IMG/VR virus record: IMGVR_UViG_3300031965_000028
Span: 1-61,579 of that record
DNA: 61,579 bases
Direction: 5' to 3' (one strand)
Source: a virus
Lineage: Duplodnaviria > Caudoviricetes
Position 1 is the first letter of the stretch, and every line of letters starts with the position of its first letter. A program made the translations under genes and the position numbers. Positions 1-7,666 of the stretch are shown piece by piece. Under the pieces are notes generated by a model, which worked only from the letters and a program-made list of their open reading frames with translations, did no database searches and was not told the origin of the DNA.

Positions 1-126
1 TCCGCACACCTCCCAGCAATCCGCCTGTCCTGGGTGCGACATGGCGTAGTGGCGAGTGTAGTCGGAACAGGTGCGACAGAAGAACCAGCCGTCACCGATC
101 CACATGTGAGGATTCATCACCAGCCC
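1..126. repeat. Direct terminal repeat (copy 1); assembly overlap indicating circular/complete genome
   Basis: 1-126 identical to 61453-61578 (tccgcacacctccc...catcaccagccc); falls inside a gene. Confidence 0.95.
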
Positions 127-152
127 CGCACGGTCGAGCCTAGTTCTTGTAA

Positions 153-1124
153 TCACTTGATCGCTCCTTTTGGTACTTTCCCTGGGCCGATGAAAGGTCG
201 GAGGTTGACCCTATCCCCGCTCTTCCTTCCCGCCGTCGCCGCCGTTCCCGCCTGCTCTTCCTTTCCCCAGTCGGTGCGCTTCTCCCGGTACCCGCCCGTC
301 GGTATGTACGCCCGTCTCCTTCTCTCTCTCGCCGCCTCCTTCTTCAGCCACTCCTCCTCTCGCTTTGCTCTCGCCGCCTTCTGCTCCTCCGTCTCAGGCC
401 GGTCCCACGGACACTCCAGGTAATAGGCTTCGAGATCCGTCACCTTCAACAGCTCGAGCCTTGCATCGTCCGCTTCCCGCCTCTCCCTGTATTCTCTCTC
501 CCGCTTCGTCTCCCTGCCGTCCGTCCTCCTCATCCCCTTGCTCTCCAGCCAGTCCGAGATCTCGCTCTTGTGGTGGAGCACCATCGCCGTCGTCTCTTCC
601 CCTGCCCGCGTCTCCGCCTCATCCTCCTCCTGCCGCGCCCTCATCTCGTGCAGCCGCTCGATCAACCTTCCTACGCACCCCTGACCGAAGCTTACCTGCC
701 AGCGCAGCGGATCAATGTGCTCGCCTGTTGAATCATAGTGCTTCCGCCTCTCCTCCTTCGCTATCTTCTTGATCTGCTCGACGACCCACGCGTAGAGCAT
801 CACCATCGATTCCACGTTGTCCGGTCGCCCTACGAACAGCACCGTCTTGGTGTAGCGGTTGACAATCGGGTGGCAGTAGTAGAACTCCGCCATCCCATCT
901 GCTAAATCCAGCTTCCACTTGAATGCCGCCTTGCCGAGGTCCAGCCCCTTATCCTTGACTCCCGGTGCCGCCCGCCCTCCTCGCTTCTCCAGATCCGCAA
1001 TGTTCAGGTTGTACTTGGTCAGCAGCCGCGCCAAGTGTCCCGCCGCTGCCTGCGCCTCGCCCTCAATCGGTGAGTCGGCTAACGCCAGCACCTTGCGCAG
1101 CTTCTCGACTATGCGTTCATCCAC
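153..1124 (-). CDS. DUF2786-domain protein
   Basis: N-terminal EKLRKVLALADS..EGEAQAAAGHLARLLTKYNL typical of DUF2786; AGGAGG RBS. Confidence 0.75.
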   Translation of the reverse strand: MDERIVEKLRKVLALADSPIEGEAQAAAGHLARLLTKYNLNIADLEKRGGRAAPGVKDKGLDLGKAAFKWKLDLADGMAEFYYCHPIVNRYTKTVLFVGRPDNVESMVMLYAWVVEQIKKIAKEERRKHYDSTGEHIDPLRWQVSFGQGCVGRLIERLHEMRARQEEDEAETRAGEETTAMVLHHKSEISDWLESKGMRRTDGRETKREREYRERREADDARLELLKVTDLEAYYLECPWDRPETEEQKAARAKREEEWLKKEAARERRRRAYIPTGGYREKRTDWGKEEQAGTAATAGRKSGDRVNLRPFIGPGKVPKGAIK

Positions 1125-1132
1125 GTTACCTC

Positions 1133-1342
1133 CTACTCAACGTCGCAGTACTCCATCACCAGCCGCAGCACCGCGTCGTAGCTTCCCATTCTGAACGCCT
1201 TCTCCTTGAACTCCGCCGCTTCTGCCGTCAGCCCCGCTTTCTTCAGCGCCCGGATGGTAAGTCCGATAATGTTGAAGACGTTCCCGTCAGCACCAATCAG
1301 TGCTACCACCGGCTTCCTATCCCCGTTGCCCGAAATGGTCAT
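1133..1342 (-). CDS. Small conserved phage hypothetical protein
   Basis: KPVVALIGADGNVFNIIG...ALKKAG...SYDAVL pattern; AGGAGG RBS. Confidence 0.7.
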   Translation of the reverse strand: MTISGNGDRKPVVALIGADGNVFNIIGLTIRALKKAGLTAEAAEFKEKAFRMGSYDAVLRLVMEYCDVE

Positions 1343-1634
1343 CCATCACCTCCTTGTCCAAATCTTCCACTATTTCCATTGAATACACCTGGACGTAATA
1401 GTCGTACGGCTCCGCGAAGATTGTCCCCTCCTCGTACCGATGACACACCCAATCTAGCCTTGGGGCAGAAGAATTCGTGCCCCACACCTCGTCCCACCTC
1501 TTCTCTGCTGCGTAGATGGCGTCCTCCCGGTGGACGAATACGCACGAAGGTAGTGCCAGTATCGCCGCCGTAGTGACTCCTACCTCGCGATTGGCCACAA
1601 TCGCATAAGCCCATAACCGTCCCTCTTCTCGCAC
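1317..1634 (-). CDS. Hypothetical early protein
   Basis: ORF in tightly packed leftward operon with RBS. Confidence 0.55.
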   Translation of the reverse strand: MREEGRLWAYAIVANREVGVTTAAILALPSCVFVHREDAIYAAEKRWDEVWGTNSSAPRLDWVCHRYEEGTIFAEPYDYYVQVYSMEIVEDLDKEVMDDHFGQRG

Positions 1635-1754
1635 CCTAACCTCCTATCAACGCTCCTACTGTCGCTGCGATCACGTACAGGATAAATATCATCACTGCCG
1701 TGATTAATAGCAGCACCCACTTCTCTTCCGACTCATCCTCCGTGCGACGAGCCA

Positions 1755-1937
1755 TCAGATTGGTCCCTGCCACTTGCACACCTTGTCGTAGTCCTCGCTC
1801 GTCACATCCGACTCGCACACGAAGATGTTCTCTTCTATGAACTCCATTGGCATATCCTTGAGGTAGTCGAGGGCGGTATCGGAATCCAGGAAAGTTACAG
1901 TGAGGTCGGGCGTCACGACGTGGAATAGCTTAGGCAT
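1755..1937 (-). CDS. Hypothetical early protein
   Basis: AAGGAGG RBS, operon packing. Confidence 0.55.
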   Translation of the reverse strand: MPKLFHVVTPDLTVTFLDSDTALDYLKDMPMEFIEENIFVCESDVTSEDYDKVCKWQGPI

Positions 1938-2130
1938 TGGTCCTCCTTGTCCGGTTCTCGTTCGGGCATCCGCGCTCGTGGCACGCCACCCCGTTAATCA
2001 CCAGTGCCGCACATTGCGAACACTTCACCGAGTAGCTATTGTCATACCGGTTGTAGCGCGTCTTGTCGAACCCACGCGCCCTCAGCCGGTCGCCCAATCG
2101 AATCGGTGGCTTGATCAGCTTGTGCGGCAC
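1930..2130 (-). CDS. Small Cys/His (zinc-binding) protein
   Basis: VKCSQCAALVINGVACHERGCPN motif. Confidence 0.65.
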   Translation of the reverse strand: MPHKLIKPPIRLGDRLRARGFDKTRYNRYDNSYSVKCSQCAALVINGVACHERGCPNENRTRRTNA

Positions 2131-2447
2131 TACTCTTCCTCCTTGAAGTACCCACCATCCGGGCTTGGCGGGTTTAGCTCCTCGTACGGGTCGCCGTCGA
2201 ACATCTTGGCTAGCGGCACCATGGTGAACTCGTTGCCATCCCTGCCTATCGCCGCCATCACTCGTACCGCCCGTCCCGTCTTCCTGTCCTGACAGTCCAG
2301 CAGCGCCAGATCGCCGTTTGCTGCCGCCGTCTTCAGCGTCTGGAAATTCTCGATGTAGCCGGGTTCCAACTTAGGCAACGTTACTCCTTTTCCTCGGGTG
2401 ATATGGCTCCTTGGCTTCCGCATAGAACCGACCCGCATCGGTGGCAC
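2130..2447 (-). CDS. Hypothetical protein (DUF6117-like)
   Basis: NFQTLKTAAANGDLALLDC..R...FTMVPLAKMFDGDPYEEL.PP pattern, from recollection of the family. Confidence 0.55.
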   Translation of the reverse strand: MPPMRVGSMRKPRSHITRGKGVTLPKLEPGYIENFQTLKTAAANGDLALLDCQDRKTGRAVRVMAAIGRDGNEFTMVPLAKMFDGDPYEELNPPSPDGGYFKEEE

Positions 2448-2476
2448 TAGCGGCGGTGACCGGTTCTACTTCCCTC

Positions 2477-3013
2477 TTACGCACCGGTCGCCGCCGCCTC
2501 GGATACCGCCTCCTCCTTCACCGGCACCGCTTTCACCGCCTTCGCTTTCTTCCCCTTCGCCGCCTTCGCGCTCCCCGGCTTCGTCCCTCTCATCTCCGCT
2601 TCCACCGCCTGCCGCTGCTTCTTCCCGCCGAACTTCTCGATCTCCGCCAACGTCATCACCTTGCGCTCGACCCTCAGCACCAGCGCCTTCAACCGGCTGT
2701 CGTGCCCCGGCGTGAACCGGCTCTTGGTCATCTGGTCGCATCCGCAGGCGCACGGACGTTCCGGCTTCGGCTTGAACACGCGCTTCTTCGCCAGCGTCGG
2801 GAGCTTCCCGAGCCCGCTCTTGGTCTTGCCGGTTGCCGCTGCCGCCTTCTTCTCCTTCTCCCGCTTCCGTTCCCTCATATTGACCACCTTCGCTACCTCC
2901 GACAGGGCCTCGTTCGCCTGTCCGACCGTCTCGAACACAGGAGCCTCGGTTGCCGCTGTTCCTGCCGCTTCCGCTTCCCGTCGCGCCTTGTTCTCTCGTG
3001 ACTTTCTGCTCAT
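2477..3013 (-). CDS. Lys/Ala-rich CxCGC...F.PGHD zinc-binding protein (paralog 1)
   Basis: CACGCDQMTKSRFTPGHDSRLK; AAGGAGG RBS. Confidence 0.8.
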   Translation of the reverse strand: MSRKSRENKARREAEAAGTAATEAPVFETVGQANEALSEVAKVVNMRERKREKEKKAAAATGKTKSGLGKLPTLAKKRVFKPKPERPCACGCDQMTKSRFTPGHDSRLKALVLRVERKVMTLAEIEKFGGKKQRQAVEAEMRGTKPGSAKAAKGKKAKAVKAVPVKEEAVSEAAATGA

Positions 3014-3128
3014 TGTGCCCTCCTTGGGCTTGGAGCGGTATGCCGAGGCTCAATGCCCCGCTTAGTGTGCTCCGCTCGGCACTCGACCTTCACTCTAGCC
3101 GAGTGCCGACGCAACTCACCGCTTACTG

Positions 3129-3191
3129 TGTCCTCTCTCTATTACACCCACCGTCTCCGAGAGGCTACACCCGTGTCCTCCGGAGAGTACA
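3129..3191. promoter_or_regulatory. Three phased 18-bp TGT-N12-ACA-type boxes (3129-3146, 3152-3169, 3174-3191)
   Basis: TGTCCTCTCTCTATTACA, CGTCTCCGAGAGGCTACA, TGTCCTCCGGAGAGTACA; start-to-start 23 and 22 bp; intergenic. Confidence 0.7.
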
Positions 3192-3255
3192 ACCGCGTGC
3201 CGGGAGCCGCCCACCGCCCGATCAAGAGCAACAGCGGTGCCAGCGGCGTCCACTT

Positions 3256-3489
3256 CTAGTGCTCGTGTGGCTCGCCCGTGTCGCAGAACACGCATGTTGG
3301 ATCCTTCTCCTGTGGCATCGAGTCTATCAGCTCGTCCACCGAGTCCTCTTCCCAGTCACCATCGATGTCGATCTCACTGCGCGGACACTCCCGCCGTATC
3401 TTGTCCAGCGCCTCCGCTAGAGCCAGGTCCACATCGTGCGTGTAGTCCGGGTTGCAGTAGATCGTCTTGCTCGCAACTTGTCGGCTCAT
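3256..3489 (-). CDS. Hypothetical acidic protein
   Basis: ORF coupled to upstream ORF (ATGA overlap). Confidence 0.55.
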   Translation of the reverse strand: MSRQVASKTIYCNPDYTHDVDLALAEALDKIRRECPRSEIDIDGDWEEDSVDELIDSMPQEKDPTCVFCDTGEPHEH

Positions 3490-3671
3490 CGGTCCTCCTC
3501 ATTTTCCGGTGCTCCGTTCAGGTCGTCATGCGGCTCCTCATCTCCCTCTTCGCTTACCTCCGCACAGTCGTCGCACAGGGCAAGTGCGAACATCTCACCG
3601 CCCTCGCTCAGCACCCACCCGATGTGCTCGCCGCATTTCTCGCACGTGTTCTCCTTGGGATACTCGCCCAT
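3486..3671 (-). CDS. Small CxxC..CxxC zinc-finger protein
   Basis: CEKC...CDDC; strong RBS. Confidence 0.6.
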   Translation of the reverse strand: MGEYPKENTCEKCGEHIGWVLSEGGEMFALALCDDCAEVSEEGDEEPHDDLNGAPENEEDR

Positions 3672-3812
3672 ACTCGGCTCCTCCTTCTCCTGTTTCCGAT
3701 TATTGACGCCCGGCCAATGCGCGTGTTAATCTTGGACTTGACAGAAGGCGCGAGGCGCGGGCATCGACTGCCTCTCCTTGACACCGCGCGTATTGATGCT
3801 CCACAGCCACCT

Positions 3813-3842
3813 ATTCTAACTCTGCTGTTGCCCTCGTGTCAA
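3813..3842 (-). promoter_or_regulatory. sigma-70-type promoter TTGACA-N18-TAGAAT
   Basis: Near-consensus hexamers; spacer shares GCAACRGCAGAGT with promoter at 52079-52108. Confidence 0.8.
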
Positions 3843-3945
3843 CGCATCCTCCTTGTCACCCACATCTCCTCCGGCCGCTCCCACCACTCGGTCAACCGGT
3901 AGCGGAGGTTGCGCCCGAGGGTAGCGACAATTTCAATCAGTCCGC

Positions 3946-4248
3946 TCACAGCTTCACCAGGCAATCAGCGATTCTGGTCGCGTCCCACCCGCGCGGATTT
4001 TCTTCCATCTCCTCCACCATTGCGTCCAGCGTCAGATACCAGTCGTACTCCTCCCAGAACTCCGGCCCTTCTCCTTCCTGGTATTCGTCGAGCGCTTCCG
4101 CCGCTGCGTCTATATCCGTTACGATCTCGTCCCACCCAATGTCGCGCCACTCCTTGGGTCGCGCCAGCTCGTCTCCAAACCACCGGGACTCTCCTACCGC
4201 CAACGCTAGCGCTACCGCGTTCGCCGTGTCACGGGGCTTGTTGTTCAT
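3946..4248 (-). CDS. Hypothetical acidic protein
   Basis: ORF with RBS in leftward operon. Confidence 0.6.
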   Translation of the reverse strand: MNNKPRDTANAVALALAVGESRWFGDELARPKEWRDIGWDEIVTDIDAAAEALDEYQEGEGPEFWEEYDWYLTLDAMVEEMEENPRGWDATRIADCLVKL

Positions 4249-4444
4249 GCGCTCCCCCTAACTAGCTTGATGATATCTCTCAGTGTTCCCGCGTAGACGC
4301 TGATTTCGACGTGATCGAATTCTCCTTCCCCTGTCAGTATCTCTTCCCATTGCTCGTCCGTCTCGAAGGTCCTCGGATCGTCGTCTCCAATGACCTCCCT
4401 CAATAGTTGGATGGCTTGCTCTTCTCGGGTCATTCGCTGCCTCC

Positions 4445-4690
4445 TTAGGGCTTGCACACAGCGCACACCCAGCGGTCTCCCTTGTCGCCTCCCCGAACCT
4501 GCAGCGTCAACTCTTTCGCTGGAACCGCGTCCCCGCACCTTCCACATACACCGCCCACCTCCACTCTCCTTCCCTTCGCCTCGAACCAACGTCCAGGGTC
4601 AGCGCCTCCCCAGCCGCCTTCCCGAGGCTGCACCCGCCACTCTCGCGCTCTTCCCTCCGCCTTCATCGAAGGCAGTGCTTCTAAGCCCAT
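4445..4690 (-). CDS. Small zinc-finger protein, first gene after long structured leader
   Basis: CGRC...CAVC; AAGGAGGTG RBS. Confidence 0.55.
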   Translation of the reverse strand: MGLEALPSMKAEGRAREWRVQPREGGWGGADPGRWFEAKGRRVEVGGVCGRCGDAVPAKELTLQVRGGDKGDRWVCAVCKP

Positions 4691-4721
4691 GTCACACCTC
4701 CTTGTAATCGCTTGGAACCAC

Positions 4722-5135
4722 TAGCGTTCCACTAGATGCCCGAAGCAACGTGCCTCAATGTCCCCCCACTCGGAGGTTCACTCGAGGCCCGTCCTCCGGG
4801 CATCCGTGCAACTCTAGCTGTAGGCTCACTCGAGCCTTTGAAAGTTCCCAATTCCAACCTCCGCCTTTTTCGAGGCTGGTTCCGGCACGCACCAATAGGG
4901 GCCTTTGCATTCGTTCCCGCAACCAGTTTCGCCAATAGCTCGCGCCACCCTATCGCACTATCCACACGTCCTCTCTGCGAGGACTGGTGAGCCTTGTCAG
5001 ACTTGCCGTGTATGCTCTTATTCGGGGTGGTAGGGCACGTCCTCTCTTCGAGGATCATTGGCTTACCGCTAATTGCGCCGCCATGCACCTTAGAGATTTC
5101 CCTAATGCGCTCCGTATTCAGTTATCAAGGACCAA
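4722..5135 (-). ncRNA. Putative ~410-nt structured leader/ncRNA downstream of sigma-54 promoter
   Basis: No convincing CDS; stem GATGCCCGGAG/CTTCGGGCATC (G-U on minus strand); duplicated TCCTCG(A/C)AGAGAGGACGTG hairpin; boxA-like TCCTTGATAACTGAATA near 5' end. Confidence 0.5.
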
Positions 5136-5263
5136 CGTTGCCAGATCCCTTCGATCTTCTCGCGCCTTTATTTATCCCGCTCTCCAAAGACCTTGGGTCG
5201 GCAGATTCTGTCTGCACGATTGTCCTCTCGCGGGGGCGGGGCGCGGGCCGCCGCCGGGGATAA

Positions 5264-5279
5264 TGCAAGGGGCGCGCCG
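5264..5279 (-). promoter_or_regulatory. sigma-54 (-24/-12) promoter
   Basis: CGGCGCGCCCCTTGCA: GG-N10-GC with TTGCA; followed by TTATCCCCGG shared with the second promoter. Confidence 0.7.
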
Positions 5280-5624
5280 GGCGCATTCATTTCAAGGTTC
5301 GGCGGGATGGGCGGTCAAGGTTCCAGCATAAAGTAGAGGGCCGTCCCTCGGGCCTCGAGTTTATAATGGAATGTTGAGAAGGCGTGCGCTCGAGTCCTTC
5401 GAAGGGTGTGCGCGTAAGGATGATGATGGAGAGATGTGTGCGTGTGCGCAGCGACGTTATGTGAGGAATGTTGAGGAATGTATGCTTGACATTCGAGGCA
5501 GTTTCCTCCCTCCACGAACCGGCGTGCCTCGATCAGAGGTCTGAGTAGAAGCGGTAATGTCTCTTTATTTCTCTGACATCCGCTCCTTCACCTCTCGTCT
5601 ATCCAAGAGGTCAAGGAGAGGATC

Positions 5625-5649
5625 GAGGTGGGATGTTGAGTCCCGCCTC
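5625..5649 (-). terminator. Hairpin downstream of 5666-6022 gene, possible terminator
   Basis: GAGGCGGGA-N7-TCCCACCTC imperfect stem on minus strand; weak U-tract. Confidence 0.35.
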
Positions 5650-5665
5650 GTGCCTCAGCCCCGTG

Positions 5666-6022
5666 CTATCCGACGTTCTCGAGGACTTCCGCGATCGCGT
5701 CCTCGACCGTCTCCGCCTCGACCTTCGGCTTGCGCGTCGCCTTGGCCGCCTTCACTGGCACCGTCGCGATGTTCCAGCGCTTGAGCAGGGCCGCGTCCTT
5801 GAGCCCCGCCTCGACCGCCTTCCTGCAGCCCTTGCCTGCGTGCTGCTCGATCTCCGCCAGCGTCATCGCGCCGCGCTGGACCCTGATGATCGCTGCCTTG
5901 AGCTGGCTGTCGTGACCGGGACAGAACGTGCGCTGGGTGGTGCCGCCGCATCCGCAAGAGCACGCGCGGAGCGGACGGGTGCGAGCGGACGACGGAAGCG
6001 CGGGCAATGAAGAGAGTGCCAT
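5666..6022 (-). CDS. CxCGC...F.PGHD zinc-binding protein (paralog 2); start reassigned to MALSSLP
   Basis: CSCGCGGTTQRTFCPGHDSQLK; AAGGAG RBS before ATG at 6022. Confidence 0.8.
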   Translation of the reverse strand: MALSSLPALPSSARTRPLRACSCGCGGTTQRTFCPGHDSQLKAAIIRVQRGAMTLAEIEQHAGKGCRKAVEAGLKDAALLKRWNIATVPVKAAKATRKPKVEAETVEDAIAEVLENVG

Positions 6023-6124
6023 TGTGATTCTCCTTGGTTCGGTTGTCAATACCGACATCGACGGAATGCCGATGCCCCGGCAGCGGGACCGGCCGCGATT
6101 GCCGCGCCCCGCACCCCGGGATAA

Positions 6125-6140
6125 TGCAGACGCCGTGCCA
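6125..6140 (-). promoter_or_regulatory. sigma-54 (-24/-12) promoter
   Basis: TGGCACGGCGTCTGCA, one mismatch from TGGCACG-N4-TTGCW consensus; intergenic, about 100 bp upstream of 6022 start. Confidence 0.8.
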
Positions 6141-6168
6141 ATCGCCGCGCCCGGGAGACGGCCCGCAT

Positions 6169-6241
6169 TGTCCTCGGGGGAGTACAGCGCGTGTCCTCTG
6201 CGGATGACGTGGGCGTGCGCGGGTGTCCTCGGTGGGATACA
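6169..6241. promoter_or_regulatory. Three phased TGT-N12-AC(A/G) boxes (6169-6186, 6192-6209, 6224-6241), candidate enhancer (UAS)
   Basis: TGTCCTCGGGGGAGTACA, TGTCCTCTGCGGATGACG, TGTCCTCGGTGGGATACA; spacing 23 and 32 bp; upstream of sigma-54 promoter. Confidence 0.7.
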
Positions 6242-6255
6242 CACACCCATCGTCC

Positions 6256-6500
6256 GATATATCCGGGTATATACATCCCATGGCATTTCACCGCTAAATA
6301 ATATTTCTATATAATGTGCTTTCTTTAAAAAAAAATGAATGCGGCTGCTCAATACAACCTCGTTTTCATGACTCTTTGAACGTCTCGCCGTTTATGCTTC
6401 GCATAATCGCTCGCCGCCCAAACCCGTTAGCCTCAATTAAAACTAGACGCGCGTCGCTCGGTGCCACCTTAATGGCGTCGGCTTCGCCGCCATTAAGGGT
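6256..6500. other. AT-rich divergent intergenic region with 11-bp inverted repeat (6467-6498); candidate origin/packaging site
   Basis: TAAATAATATTTCTATATAATG..TTTAAAAAAAAA in a GC-rich genome; CCTTAATGGCG/CGCCATTAAGG. Confidence 0.4.
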
Positions 6501-6544
6501 ACAGATTAAAAGTAGAAGGGTGAAGGGTTGAAGAGCGGCGCGTA

Positions 6545-6574
6545 TTGACAGCCCTCGAACGCGCATGGTACTCT
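6545..6574 (+). promoter_or_regulatory. sigma-70-type promoter TTGACA-N18-TACTCT
   Basis: Hexamers seen upstream of rightward arm. Confidence 0.6.
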
Positions 6575-6775
6575 ATGAGTAGAGAAGTGGAGAGAGACCC
6601 TGCCCGCGCGCCATTTGCCTGCGACTGCGAAGCAGGCGGAGGTAAATTAGGGGGAATGCCGAGATTACCTTTGACCCGTTGAACGGCGCGCAGCGCGCGG
6701 CATTCAACGTATGGCACACGCTTCTCGACATTCCTCACCGTTGACTCCCCGCCACGTCTCCCTGCCGCTCCTCCC

Positions 6776-6805
6776 TTGACGCTCCTCTAATCCCCGTGCT
6801 ACTCT
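6776..6805 (+). promoter_or_regulatory. sigma-70-type extended -10 promoter TTGACG-N18-TACTCT, leaderless for 6813 gene
   Basis: TGC-TACTCT 7 nt before ATG; no RBS. Confidence 0.65.
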
Positions 6806-6812
6806 TACTACC

Positions 6813-7037
6813 ATGAGAAGGAAACCGGGGGTACACGAAACAGCGCGACGCACGGGCCTGTCTCCCGCCCACATTAGCAAGATTTTCTCCGGCTCGCGTA
6901 TGCCGTCCCTTGCCGCCGCTGCTCTGATTGCCTCTGCCCGCCGCCAGAGCCTGGACTCGCTGTATCGGGAGCTAGTGGAACTGCATAACGGTCCAGAGCA
7001 GCCGGATGGAGAATCGGGCAAGGATGTGGCCGCATGA
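6813..7037 (+). CDS. XRE/Cro-type helix-turn-helix regulator
   Basis: ETARRTGLSPAHISKIFSGSRMPSL. Confidence 0.85.
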   Translation: MRRKPGVHETARRTGLSPAHISKIFSGSRMPSLAAAALIASARRQSLDSLYRELVELHNGPEQPDGESGKDVAA

Positions 7038-7666
7038 GCCGCCCTCGAGCTAAAACCAAACTAGCGCCGCTCCCCCCGCTGTCGAAGAAGCCTCGAGCCA
7101 ACCCACCCAAGAGACATAAATTCGTACCGGAGATCGGGCGCAAGCAGCGCGATTCCGGTGCGATGATTATAGACGTGAAGAAGGCACGGGAGGGGGCAAA
7201 GATAGCTGAGGAAACCGTCAGTGTGGTTGCTGCGGACGAGCTCGACGCGATGCTCACCGAGGACCTCAAGGGGCGCAAGATGAAACTGCTCTCCCCCGAG
7301 GAGAAGGTGTTCATCATCGAGGCATACGCCAAGGGCATCTCGATGAAGCGGATCGGGGCGAAGCTCGGCCGTAATCACGGGGTCATCAGCAGGTTCCTCG
7401 ACAAGTACCGAACTACTGTCCCAATGGCGCGGTTGCACTTCGAGGCGAATGCGGAGAGGCTAGCGAGCCGCGTCACTAAACGCGCCAACGTGGTCGAGGC
7501 GCTGGAGGTGCTGGACCGGATCGACGTTCTCCCGAAGAAGCAGCGGGAAGACTCCAACTCCAAGATGCAATTCAACGTCATCGTCGGGATGCCAGGGCAG
7601 CAACAGGCGGTGATCGTGCCGCCGAGCCAGAAGCAGGTAGAGGCGGCGGCGGAAGGCGGGAAATAG
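7034..7666 (+). CDS. terS: Probable terminase small subunit (HTH)
   Basis: HTH (GISMKRIGAKLGRNHGVISRFL), position upstream of TerL, typical C-terminal beta tail. Confidence 0.55.
   Translation: MSRPRAKTKLAPLPPLSKKPRANPPKRHKFVPEIGRKQRDSGAMIIDVKKAREGAKIAEETVSVVAADELDAMLTEDLKGRKMKLLSPEEKVFIIEAYAKGISMKRIGAKLGRNHGVISRFLDKYRTTVPMARLHFEANAERLASRVTKRANVVEALEVLDRIDVLPKKQREDSNSKMQFNVIVGMPGQQQAVIVPPSQKQVEAAAEGGK

Noticed and set aside
1-126. Biological terminal repeat
   Set aside because: Length matches a typical assembler k-mer overlap and it lies within a gene; treated as circularisation artefact
4925-5000. Hammerhead ribozyme (CTGACAAG...CGAAAC on minus strand)
   Set aside because: Core deviates from CUGANGA and flanking stems could not be built
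6023-6352. N-terminal extension of the 228-aa ORF 5666-6352
   Set aside because: Overlaps promoter, boxes and AT tract; good RBS only before ATG 6022
6712-6727. Rightward sigma-54 promoter TGGCACACGCTTCTCG
   Set aside because: Lacks GC at -12
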